A stretch of DNA of 34,371 nucleotides from Macrostomum lignano. Lineage: Eukaryota. Of the stretch, positions 10,197-21,155 are shown piece after piece. The first letter of the stretch is position 1, and the number at the start of each line of letters is the position of its first letter. Under the pieces are notes generated by a model, which was not told the DNA's origin, made no database searches, and saw nothing but the letters and a program-made list of their open reading frames with translations. A program made the position numbers and the translations under genes. Where the stretch lies: contig NIVC01000966.1 in NCBI GenBank assembly GCA_002269645.1, positions 1 to 34,371 of the forward strand, in the 5' to 3' direction.

Positions 10197-10572
10197 ATGA
10201 GCCTGCACAGAACAGTTGAAGAAGGCAATCAAGCGATGGACAGCAGTGGAAAACGGTTCACGTCGTTTGGCATCGATGACCTGCTTGCATCGGCACCGGA
10301 TTCTTCGCCTGCGGTGCAGCAGCAGCAGCAGCAGATTTCCACTTCTGCCTCTTGGATGCAGTTGATGCAGCAGACGACACAGCAAAGGCCAAGTTTGGCT
10401 TCCATGCTCAGCGCCTTTGGCGGCGGCGGCGGCGGCGGCTGCAGCAACACCCAGCAGCGGTGCCCGCTGCGAAAGCACAAAGCCAATAGGAAGCCCAGAA
10501 CTCCATTCACAACTCAACAGCTGATGGAGCTTGAGTCGAAGTTTGTGTCCAAGCGGTACCTGTCTATTGCAG
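10197..10572 (+). CDS. msx: Msx/msh homeobox gene, coding exon 1
   Basis: eh1-like [14 protein letters not shown] (cf. PWMQ of vertebrate Msx) and the diagnostic [33 protein letters not shown]. First ATG at 10197 (10188 is GTG). Donor GCAG|GTGAGT, phase 1. Confidence 0.96.
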
Positions 10573-10796
10573 GTGAGTTGCCCGGCATGGCGTTGGAAAT
10601 TATTCACTTTTATTCATTTTTCTAAGGATTATGGTCTTCGATGGGATCTTTTTTGATGCTGCAATGCACTAGTTCAGCAATTTAATCGAAGCTTAACCAC
10701 TTTGTAATATGCATTTTTGGCTGTTCTGGAGGGGGTAATTTTCCTAACTTGTTAGTATTATGTTTGTAAATATAATTTTCATAAGTTTGGAATAGC

Positions 10797-10932
<136 letters not shown>

Positions 10933-11606
10933 GAGGCAGGCATTCAAATCCATCGTGCACGCCCGAGTCACTCAGCTGCAAATATTTAATTGATTTTGCA
11001 GACAAATATGCAAATTTCTGCATGGACCCCATATTAATCTGTGATTGATTTAAACAGAAGCTCTACAGAACTTGTAGCGAAATTAGAAATCAATTGAAAT
11101 ACTTCCTGGTTTGTATAAATGAAGCTTAGTCAACCGGTTCGCAACTTATATAAAACAGAATTTTAAACAGCTCAGTACTCGCAGATTAATGATTCCCTGA
11201 GCTCCCATGCTCGCAAGAGGAAAGGTGCACCGATCGGTATTTAATTATTAGACTTTCGGCTTCAAATAAATACCTCGGCGAGTGACGCAAACTTCTGACA
11301 GGAGGGCGGGTCGGGCTTGAAAAGTGAAAATTAATTAATCGTCAGCCACTTTGGTAGGGGTGGTGCGCCATAGAGGGTTTGGACTGCGGGGCTTTTACTC
11401 ATGCATCGGCGCTTTTTCTGTCAACAAAATTGCTCCTAGAGGACTTGCCGCCGTCAGTTTTGAAGCAACTCTGCAGCCAACTGTCAATGAGGTTTATAAA
11501 ATTGATTGTTTGAGGCTCTCCTCTGGAAATCACACCCTCTACCTTTGAGTCTCCCCCCTCAAAATCTCAACCTACTTTTAAGCCGCTTCCATCAAAATCT
11601 CACTCT

Positions 11607-11855
11607 ACTACCTACATACCTACAAACCTATCTACCTACTTACCTACCTACCTACCCACCTATCTACCTACCCACCTATCTACCTACCCACCTACCTACC
11701 TACCTACCTACTTACCTACTTACTTACTTACCTACCTACCTGCCTACCTACCTACCTACCTACCTACCTACCTACCTACCTACCTACCTACCTACCTACC
11801 TACCTACCTACCTACCTGCCTACCTACCTACCTACCTACCTACCTACCTACCTAT
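11607..11855. repeat. (CCTA)n microsatellite, Msx intron 1
   Basis: Seen directly. Confidence 0.97.
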
Positions 11856-11905
11856 CGACTATTGAGTCGGTTCTCAAAATGAGTCTCTCATAGAAACCTT
11901 ATGGT

Positions 11906-12010
11906 TGAGTCTATTGCTGAGTCTATTGTGGAATCTATTGCTGAGTCTATTGCTGAGTCTATTGCTGGGTCTATTGCTGAGTCTACTGCTGAGTCTATTG
12001 CTGAGTCTAT
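11906..12010. repeat. 12-bp minisatellite GAGTCTATTGCT, about 8 copies, just upstream of Msx exon 2
   Basis: Seen directly. Confidence 0.95.
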
Positions 12011-12049
12011 ATGTTCCCCAACAAAACACTGCCCCCCCCCCCTACTCAG

Positions 12050-12199
12050 AGCGCGCGGAATTCTCATCAAGGCTTAGTCTAACTGAGACTCAAGTAAAAA
12101 TTTGGTTTCAAAATCGGCGAGCCAAGGAGAAACGACTGCAAGAGGCCGAGTTTGAGAAGCTGCGCTTATCGAAACACTTTCTGAGTCAGCAGGATTTCG
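12050..12199 (+). CDS. msx: Msx homeobox gene, coding exon 2
   Basis: Acceptor CTACTCAG|AG completes GAG (Glu) and gives [39 protein letters not shown], typical Msx helix 2-3 and downstream motif. Donor TTCG|GTGAGT, phase 1. Confidence 0.97.
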
Positions 12200-12295
12200 G
12201 TGAGTGACATCATGCGTTGCTTTCTAAAAATAGAATGAAGGTTGAGAGATAGACAGGTAGGTTGAGAAGAAATGAGACAGCATAGGGGCAGGGAG

Positions 12296-13030
12296 GGGCG
12301 CTGTCCCTGGGTGGGGGTGCTGTCCCTGGGTGGGGGTGCTGTCCCTGGGTGGGGGTGCTGTCCCTGGGTGGGGGTGCTGTCCCTGGGTGGGGGTGCTGTC
12401 CCTGGGTGGGGGTGCTGTCCCTGGGTGGGGGTGCTGTCCCTGGGTGGGGTGCTGTCCCTGGGTGGGGGTGCTGTCCCTGGGTGGGGGTGCTGTCCCTGGG
12501 TGGGGGTGCTGTCCCTGGGTGGGGGACACTGTCCCTGGGTGGGGGTGCTGTCCCTGGGTGGGGGTGCTGTCCCTGGGTGGGGGTGCTGTCCCTGGGTGGG
12601 GGTGCTGTCCCTGGGTGGGGGTGCTGTCCCTGGGTGGGGGTGCTGTCCCTGGGTGGGGGTGCTGTCCCTGGGTGGGGGTGCTGTCCCTGGGTGGGGGTGC
12701 TGTCCCTGGGTGGGGGGTGCTGTCCCTGGGTGGGGGTGCTGTCCCTGAGTGGGGGTGCTGTCCCTGGGTGGGGGGGGCGCTGTCCCTGAGTGGGGGACAC
12801 TGTTCCTGGGTGGGGGTGCTGTCCCTGGGTGGGGGTGCTGTCCCTGGGTGGGGGGGGGCGCTGTCCCTGAGTGGGGGGACACTGTTCCTGGGTGGGGGCA
12901 CTGTCCCTGGGTGGGGGTGCTGTCCCTGGGTGTGGGGCGCTGTCCCTGGGTGGGGGGCACTGTTCCTGGGTGGGGGCACTGTTCCTGGGTGGGGGGGGGC
13001 GCTGTCCCTGGGTGGGGATAGCACTGTCCC
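12296..13030. repeat. 19-bp G-rich minisatellite GCTGTCCCTGGGTGGGGGT, about 38 copies, Msx intron 2
   Basis: Seen directly; source of the PTQGQHPHPGTAPPPRDS pseudo-ORFs. Confidence 0.97.
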
Positions 13031-13173
13031 TTGATGGAGGGGCGCTAACCCCGGGGGAGGGGCCGCTGTGTCTGGGTGGGAGCGCTGTCTATAGGCTTTA
13101 GCCTTCAGAGAAAATAATGAACTCGACTAGAAGTCAAAGTTCCCAATTTTTTCTACTCAACTGCCCTGCTTAG

Positions 13174-13340
13174 AATTCGCGGCTTTGGCAGCAGTGTCCG
13201 GCCTCCTGTCCTTCAAAGAGCCGCCTCCGTCATCAGCAACAGCAGCGACCTCAACTGCTTCTGCGACTTCCGCCGCTAATTCTTCTTCTTCCAGTAGCGG
13301 CGGACGACGCCGAAGACTTGAACCGCCGCAAACCTGTTGA
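13174..13340 (+). CDS. msx: Msx homeobox gene, terminal coding exon 3
   Basis: Acceptor CTGCCCTGCTTAG|AA after a pyrimidine tract is phase-compatible: EFAALAAVSGLLSFKEPPPSSATAATSTASATSAANSSSSSSGGRRRRLEPPQTC*, TGA at 13338-13340. AATAAA at 13352-13357, followed by AT-rich 3' sequence. Total 693 nt, 230 aa. Confidence 0.8.
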
Positions 13341-14357
13341 GAAAATTTTCGAATAAATGACTGCTTATTGAATTTTTAATCCCTAACTAACGTGAAAATT
13401 TTAATTAAAAAATATTAAATCCAACCATATTCAATCCTTGCTCCCACGTATAAACATCTTCAGAAACGTGACGCGATAGAATTTTTAAATAATTTTATTC
13501 AAATTTGTACAATTTTTCAGAACACAAGCATGGCAAAAAACTGTAGTTTATAGTTGTGTTATACAGTTTAAGACAAAAGTTTATGAGCCGCATTTCTCGG
13601 TTAAAAGTTTTAATCTGTAAAATGTTTGAAATGTAACATTATTTTTAAATTGATCGATTAAATCAGAAAGATAAATAAAAACTAACAAATAGATTTAATA
13701 TATTTATATCGTAGCTAAGTATAAGTAAAATCTTCATCAATCATCAATATAAGCAAATAGAAGAAATAACTTATTTTTAATTGTTCAGTTTAACAAAACA
13801 AAAGAAGAAAATGACAAACAAAAGAGGTTCAGTTTAACCAAAATTTAAATTTACAGTTGGTTCCAGCTTTTTAAACCAAAACATATTTCCCATGACTTTT
13901 GAAGATTTCTTTAACATTTCGCGTTTTTATTATTTATTTTTTTGCATCAACTCAACTAGAAATGAAACCGACATGCTGTCCCCTTGTCCAGTTTGTTCCA
14001 TTATATTTAATTATCGTGACGATAAATATGCCGTTCCTTCCAAACTATTTATAAATTTGTTGCATCTGTACGTCTGCTTTCCGTTTTCGATTTGTTGTTT
14101 GCCGTTATAATAAATGTTTTGTGTATAAATTTACATTTGGTAACACGAATATATAAAAATAATAAAATGTTTTAATTTGACTTGAAACTAATTATTGTGT
14201 AGAGTGCTTATTTGAACTGTACGTTATGTACATATAGGGGCATTAAAATTCATTTGCCTGTTTCTGCTGATTCCCCGTATGGTGGACATCAAAACCTGCA
14301 GGGCGTAAAATGTCTACTTTTGGCTACTAGAAGAAATATCCGCTTTTTCGCTCAAAC

Positions 14358-15160
14358 TCCACTTTAGCAACCGAAATGTCCACTTTGGCACCGAGATGTC
14401 CACTTTGGCTACCGAAATGTCCACTTTGGCTACCGAAATGTCCACTTTGGCTACGGAGATGTCCACTTTGGCTACGGAGATGTCCACTTTGGCTACCAAA
14501 ATGTCCACTTTGGCTACGGAGATGTCCACTTTGGCTACGGAGATGTCCACTTTGGCTACCGAAATGTCCACTTTGGCTACCGAAATGTCCACTTTGGCTA
14601 CCAAAATGTCCACTTTGGCTACGGAGATGTCCACTTTGGCTACCGAAATGTCCACTTTGGCTACCGAAATGTCCACTTTGGCTACCGAAATGTCCACTTT
14701 GGCTACCGAAATTTCCACTTTGGCTACCGAAATGTCCACTTTGGCTACCGAAATGTCCACTTTGGCTACCGAAATGTCCACTTTGGCTACCGAAATGTCC
14801 ACTTTGGCACCGAAATGTCCACTTTTTGTCCACTACCGAAATGTCCACTTTGGCTACCGAAATGTCCACTTTAGCTGCCGAAATGTCCACTTTGGCTACC
14901 GAGATGTCCACTTTGGCTACCGAAATGTCCACTTTAGCTGCCGAAATGTCCACTTTGGCTACCGAGATGTCCACTTTGGCTACCGAAATGTTCACTTTGG
15001 CTGCCGAAATGTCCACTTTAGCTGCCGAAATGTCCACTTTGGCTACCGAGATGTCCACTTTGGCACCGAGATGTCCACTTTGGCTACGGAGATGTCCATT
15101 TTGGCTACCGAAATGTCCACTTTGGCACCCGAATTTCCATTTTCCGCCTAAAATGTCCAC
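14358..15160. repeat. 21-bp minisatellite TCCACTTTGGCTACCGAAATG, about 37 copies
   Basis: Seen directly; produces the MSTLATE and VDISVAK pseudo-ORFs. Confidence 0.97.
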
Positions 15161-15187
15161 TTAGTATCAGTCGTCTACACCGGCAAC

Positions 15188-15510
15188 AGTAAAAGTCGAT
15201 GTCGATCAACGAGACCCCACCGATCGGCCACTGGGGAGCACCTGACTTCTGCTGCGAAACCAATTATTATTTGCCTCAGTGGGTCCCTCCTGTTGATGAA
15301 AATCACTCGCCGGATCGCACCTCGTCCACTCCGAGTAAACCCCCCCTTCCCAGCCCCAGGGGAACCGGGGACTCGAACTGCTATAACAGTGTGAGATAAG
15401 AAAACTTCTCGCTATAGCAGTCCCAGTGGCCCGTGTTCTCAAAAGTTAATTACTATACTAACTCTTTAGAGCTATGTTTTATTCGATAACCACTAGGCCG
15501 CCGTCTCTGG
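15188..15510 (-). other. Structured element with tRNA-like Pol III A and B boxes (possible SINE relic or ncRNA)
   Basis: Minus strand A-box-like CGGCCTAGTGG (15500-15490) and B-box GTTCGAGTCC (15378-15369); several nested inverted repeats. Confidence 0.35.
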
Positions 15511-15677
15511 GGAGACATGGAGCCGTGCAGCACCGTTTTGGGGGTTTCAGCAGCATGGCCCGATGGGCGAACACTTATTGCCAATGCTAAACAAATTTAA
15601 CAGAGGCGCGGGGTAACTGTCACTGCGTTCGACAGAATTGAAACTGGCGCGGCTCTCCAAGCCTTAAGTCTCCCTGC

Positions 15678-18090
15678 TACCCCTCTCTATATACCTCTCT
15701 CTACCTCTCCTCCCTTTCCTCTACCTCTCTCTGCCTCTCCTCCCTTCCCTCTACCTCTCTCTACCTCTCCTCCCTTCCCTCTACCTCTCTCTGCCTCTCC
15801 TCCCTTCCCTCTACCTCTCTCTGCCTCTCCTCCCTTCCCTCTACCTCTCTCTACCTCTCCTCCCTTCCCTCTACCTCTATCTACCTCTCCTCCCTTCCCT
15901 CTACCTCTCTCTGCCTCTCCTCCCTTCCCTCTACCTCTCTCTGCCTCTCCTCCCTTCCCTCTACCTCTCTCTACCTCTCCTCCCTTCCCTCTACCTCTCT
16001 CTGCCTCTCCTCCCTTCCTCTACCTCTCTCTGCCTCTCCTCCTTCCCTCTACCTCTCTCTGCCTCTCCTCCCTTCCCTCTACCTCTCTCTGCCTCTCCTC
16101 CCTTCCCTCTACCTCTCTCTGCCTCTCCTCCCTTCCCTCTACCTCTCTTTGCCTCTCTCTACCTCTCCTCCCTTCCCTCTACCTCTCTTTGCCTCTCTCT
16201 ACCTCTCCTCCCTTCCCTCTACCTCTCTCTGCCTCTCCTCCCTTCCCTCTACCTCTCTCTGCCTCTCCTCCCTTCCCTCTACCTCTCTCTACCTCTCCTC
16301 CCTTCCCTCTACCTCTCTCTGCCTCTCCTCCCTACCTCTCTCTGCCTCTCCTCCCTTCCCTCTACCTCTCTCTGCCTCTCCTCCCTTCCCTCTACCTCTC
16401 TCTACCTCTCCTCCCTTCCCTCTACCTCTCTCTGCCTCTCCTCCCTTCCCTCTACCTCTCTCTACCTCTCCTCCCTTCCCTCTACCTCTCTTAGCCTCTC
16501 TATATACCTCTCTCTACCTCTCCTCCCTTCCCTCTACCTCTCTTTGCCTCTCTATATATCTCTCTCTACCTCTCCTCCCTTCCCTCTACCTCTCTTTGCC
16601 TCTCTATATATCTCTCTCTACCTCTCCTCCCTTCCCTCTACCTCTCTCTACCTCTCCTCCCTTCCCTCTACCTCTCTTTGCCTCTCTATATACCTCTCCT
16701 CCCTTCCCTCTACCTCTCTTTGCCTCTCTATATACCTCTCCTCCCTTCCCTCTACCTCTCTCTGCCTCTCCTCCCTTCCCTCTACCTCTCTCTGCCTCTC
16801 CTCCCTTCCCTCTACCTCTCTCTACCTCTCCTCCCTTCCCTCTACCTCTCTCTGCCTCTCCTCCCTTCCCTCTACCTCTCTCTGCCTCTCCTCCCTTCCC
16901 TCTACCTCTCTCTACCTCTCCTCCCTTCCCTCTACCTCTCTCTGCCTCTCCTCCCTTCCCTCTACCTCTCTTTGCCTCTCTCTACCTCTCCTCCCTTCCC
17001 TCTACCTCTCTTTGCCTCTCTCTACCTCTCCTCCCTTCCCTCTACCTCTCTCTGCCTCTCCTCCCTTCCCTCTACCTCTCTCTGCCTCTCCTCCCTTCCC
17101 TCTACCTCTCTCTACCTCTCCTCCCTTCCCTCTACCTCTCTCTGCCTCTCCTCCCTTCCCTCTACCTCTCTCTACCTCTCCTTCCTTCCCTCTACCTCTC
17201 TTTGCCTCTCTCTACCTCTCCTCCCTTCCCTCTACCTCTCTTTGCCTCTCTCTACCTCTCCTCCCTTCCCTCTACCTCTCTCTGCCTCTCCTCCCTTCCC
17301 TCTACCTCTCTCTACCTCTCCTCCCTTCCCTCTACCTCTCTCTGCCTCTCCTCCCTTCCCTCTACCTCTCTCTACCTCTCCTCCCTTCCCTCTACCTCTC
17401 TCTGCCTCTCCTCCCTTCCCTCTACCTCTCTCTACCTCTCCTCCCTTCCCTCTACCTCTCTCTGCCTCTCCTCCCTTCCCTCTACCTCTCTCTACCTCTC
17501 CTCCCTTCCCTCTACCTCTCTCTGCCTCTCCTCCCTTCCCTCTACCTCTCTCTACCTCTCCTCCCTTCCCTCTACCTCTCTCTGCCTCTCCTCCCTTCCC
17601 TCTACCTCTCTCTGCCTCTCCTCCCTTCCCTCTACCTCTCTCTGCCTCTCCTCCCTTCCCTCTACCTCTCTCTACCTCTCCTCCCTTCCCTCTACCTCTC
17701 TCTGCCTCTCCTCCCTTCCCTCTACCTCTCTTTGCCTCTCTATATATCTCTCTCTACCTCTCCTCCCTTCCCTCTACCTCTCTTTGCCTCTCTATATATC
17801 TCTCTCTACCTCTCCTCCCTTCCCTCTACCTCTCTCTACCTCTCCTCCCTTCCCTCTACCTCTCTTTGCCTCTCTATATACCTCTCCTCCCTTCCCTCTA
17901 CCTCTCTTTGCCTCTCTATATACCTCTCCTCCCTTCCCTCTACCTCTCTTTGCCTCTCTATATACCTCTCCTCCCTTCCCTCTACCTCTCTTTGCCTCTC
18001 TTTACCTCATCACCTTTCCCTGTACCTCTCTTTACCTCTCTCTACCTCTGCGCTTCCCTCCACCTCTCTGTCTACCTCTCACCCTCCATC
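15678..18090. repeat. 2.4-kb polypyrimidine minisatellite, 30-bp unit CTACCTCTCTCT(G/A)CCTCTCCTCCCTTCCCT, about 75 copies
   Basis: Seen directly; source of the 500-690 aa L/P/S pseudo-ORFs. Confidence 0.98.
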
Positions 18091-18474
18091 CCTCTCTGTC
18101 TGCTGAAATACATTCTGATGATGAAGGCCCGACAGGATTTTCCCAGAAATTTCACCCCAGTAGTATCACCCAATTAGGTACTCTACATATTGTAAATTTC
18201 CTTTTCAAGTCAATTTGAGAATGCTGTTTGAGAAAAGAATCCTAGCCAATATTCTAACTGTAGCAGTCCATGGCATCGGCCTGACTGGCAGCCAACTAAT
18301 CAGCGAGTGTTCAAGCGTTTCACAGCCCCGGCTTGCTTATCGGGTTGATAAATTTGGCCAATTTTGTTTAATTTCATTTTTCCTGGAGCTCTCGGCCGGT
18401 AGAGACTGCCACTTTTTCTAGGAGAGTTACGCTGCCACCTCTCTCGTTGAATGAACGAAAACTGGTGCAAAAGG

Positions 18475-19310
18475 CAGAGACATACCCAGAGACATATTAG
18501 AGACATTACAGGGACATGCCCAGAGACACACCCAGAGACATATTAGAGACATTACAGGGACATGCCCAGAGACACACCCAGAGACATATTAGAGACATGC
18601 CAGGGACATGCCCAGAGACACACCCAGAGACATACTAGAGACATGCCAGGGACATGCCCAGAGACACACCCAGAGACATATTAGAGACATACAGGGACAT
18701 GCCCAGAGACACACCCAGAGACATATTAGAGACATGCCAGGGACATGCCCAGAGACACACCCAGAGACATATCTAGAGACATTTAGAGACATATCCAGAG
18801 ACAAATACCCAAAGACATATCTAGAGACACACCCAGAGACAAATACCCAGAGACATGTCTAGAGACACACCCAGAGACAAATACCCAGAGACATATCTAG
18901 AGACACACCCAGAGACAAATACCCAGAGACATATCTAGAGACACACCCAGAGACAAATACCCAGAGACATATCTAGAGACACACCCAGAGACAAATACCC
19001 AGAGACATATCTAGAGACACACCCAGAGACAAATACCCCAAGTCATATCTAGAGACACACCCAGAGACAAATACCCAGAGACATATCTAAAGACACACCC
19101 AGAGACAAATACCCCGAGTCATATCTAGAGACACACCCAGAGACAAATACCCCGAGTCATATCTAGAGACCCACCCAGAGACAAATACGTACTCAGAGAC
19201 ATACCAGAGACATACCCAGAGACATACCCAGAGACATATTAGAGACAGACCCAGAGACACACATGTATTAGAAACATACCCAGAGATAAACCTAGAGACA
19301 TACCCAGACA
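18475..19310. repeat. Compound minisatellite built on CCCAGAGACA (e.g. 34-bp CCCAGAGACAAATACCCAGAGACATATCTAGAGACACA-type units)
   Basis: Seen directly; unit type changes along the array. Confidence 0.93.
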
Positions 19311-19945
19311 CATGCACATCTATGACAAAGCATGTACAGACTAAAGCATGCATGTCGTACATCGAAACATACTTAGACATGTAGAGATTATGGACATCAT
19401 TGCTCATGGCTGATCATTTTGCATCAAACAATAATTGAAACACATTCATTGGCACAAGCCAATGCTAAGTGATTGGAAGTGAAGGAAGACCACTTACATG
19501 TAAGTGAAGGTACCCTGAGCCACTTGGGAATATTTCTTAGCATTAGCTGCAGTACAGGAGGCTTTCGTTAAAACAAACAAATTAAATCATTTTTTCAAGA
19601 CCAATGATTTAGGTTATATTGTATAAACAATTTTTAAAACAGCACGTTACATTTTAGCCACGCAACTGGTTCAATAGCGTCCCTTACCCCTATAGGTTTC
19701 AATATTTCCCCATCCCCCACTTTGTCAGGGGAGGGGAGCTGAACAGACAATATGGTAAGCCAACTGCACCCATCGCGGTAGGTCTTGCCGTTAATACCCT
19801 CTTCGCATCCTATACCGGCCCAGCTTCGAACGTTGAAAGCTTTGTGAAAAGGTTTAATATTCAGGCAGACTAACTGGTATGCTGTTCATGGAGTACTAAA
19901 GCTCCTATTTATAGAGTTTGGCAAGGCGGCAATGCCTTATGTCAT

Positions 19946-20362
19946 GAGGGAATTGCTGAGATGACTAGGCTTACCGGAGAGAATTGCTGAGATGTCAAGG
20001 CTTACTGGGGGGAATTGCTGAGATGTCAAGGCTTACTGGGGGGAATTGCTGAGATGTCGAGGCTTACCGGGGGGAATTGCTGAGATGTCGAGGCTTACCG
20101 GAGAGAATTGCTGAGATGTCAAGGCTTACTGGGGGAATTGCTGAGATGTCAAGGCTTACTGGGGGGAATCGCTGAGATGTAAAGGCTTACCGGAGAGAAT
20201 TGCTGAGATGTCAAGGCTTACCGGGGAGAATCGCTGAGATGTCAAGGCTTACCGGAGAGAATTGCTGAGATGTCAAGGCTTACCGGAGAGAATTGCTGAG
20301 ATGTCAAGGCTTACGGGGGAATTACTGAGATGTCGAGGCTTACGGGGGATTGTTTAGATGTT
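19946..20362. repeat. About 31-bp minisatellite GAATTGCTGAGATGTCAAGGCTTACCGGAGA, about 13 copies
   Basis: Seen directly; same family as 8810-9000. Confidence 0.95.
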
Positions 20363-21155
20363 GACGCTGAATGCCATAGTTGAGCAATAAAGCTCCTACA
20401 GTGTATATACGGCAAAGTAATTTGGTAATTTGGCAAGGCGGAACTGCTGTTCATGGATTACTAAAGCTCCTTGTATATAGAATTTGGTTAGTTATTCGTG
20501 ATCCAAAAAAATGTTTGCTAGGCTGAAACAATGCTTGGAAAAATCAATTAAGAGAATATATTATAATATGCATATAAATAGTTTTCAAAATGTCATTATA
20601 AAAAGCCTCATACCAGATTTTGGTATATATATGGTAACATGGTTGCATTAGAGAGAGGATTCTGTGACTGACTGAGAAAAGGTGCCCAAACAGTCATATG
20701 GGAGAAGGCTGTGTGGCGCCTAGCCTTAATGGCTATTTAATTAGACCTATTTGCTTTGAAAGACAGAAAGAGAGAGAGAGAGAGTCGGAGAGTGGGGTCT
20801 AAGGGGTAGACAACAAGGGGAATCCATTTCAAAAAGAGGCTGTGTATGCGGACCACGTGCGGGGGTTGGGGCAATCACGGCCCGCCGATGTGTATGTTGA
20901 GCCGGCGGCCCATTCATAACAGAGAGCCGCAGAGGATCCACCCGAGCCAAATTGAAAGTGACTGCTGAAAATTGCGCGTCTGGACAGACGGCGGGAGGGA
21001 CTCCGATGGTTTTGTTAAAGTGGGGCGGGGACCTCTGACATTGATTATTTGGACTGGATATCTGATTTACACTGTTTCTGGAAATATTCTCTAGCGCATT
21101 GATTCTCTAGCTCATTGATTACACGATTGTGACTAAATATCCGGACGCAAAGAAA

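Noticed and set aside
10050-10607. Antisense ORFs over Msx exon 1, the GPCR, the lid-like gene, the neuropeptide and the LIM exons
   Set aside because: Shadow frames of GC-rich coding sequence with no recognisable motifs.
15200-15380. RNase MRP or HDV ribozyme identity for the structured element (GAGTCCCC / GGGGTCTC pairing)
   Set aside because: The conserved GAAAGUCCCC context and the P3/L3/J4-2 geometry do not fit; kept only as an unnamed structured element.
18110-18160. CTGATGA..GAAA hammerhead-like core (also near 29242 and TTGATGA near 15293)
   Set aside because: No stem II/III pairing or correctly placed cleavage triplet could be built.
16149-18218. 689-, 520- and 499-aa ORFs
   Set aside because: Translations of the 30-bp pyrimidine repeat, which is stop-free in all three frames by composition.
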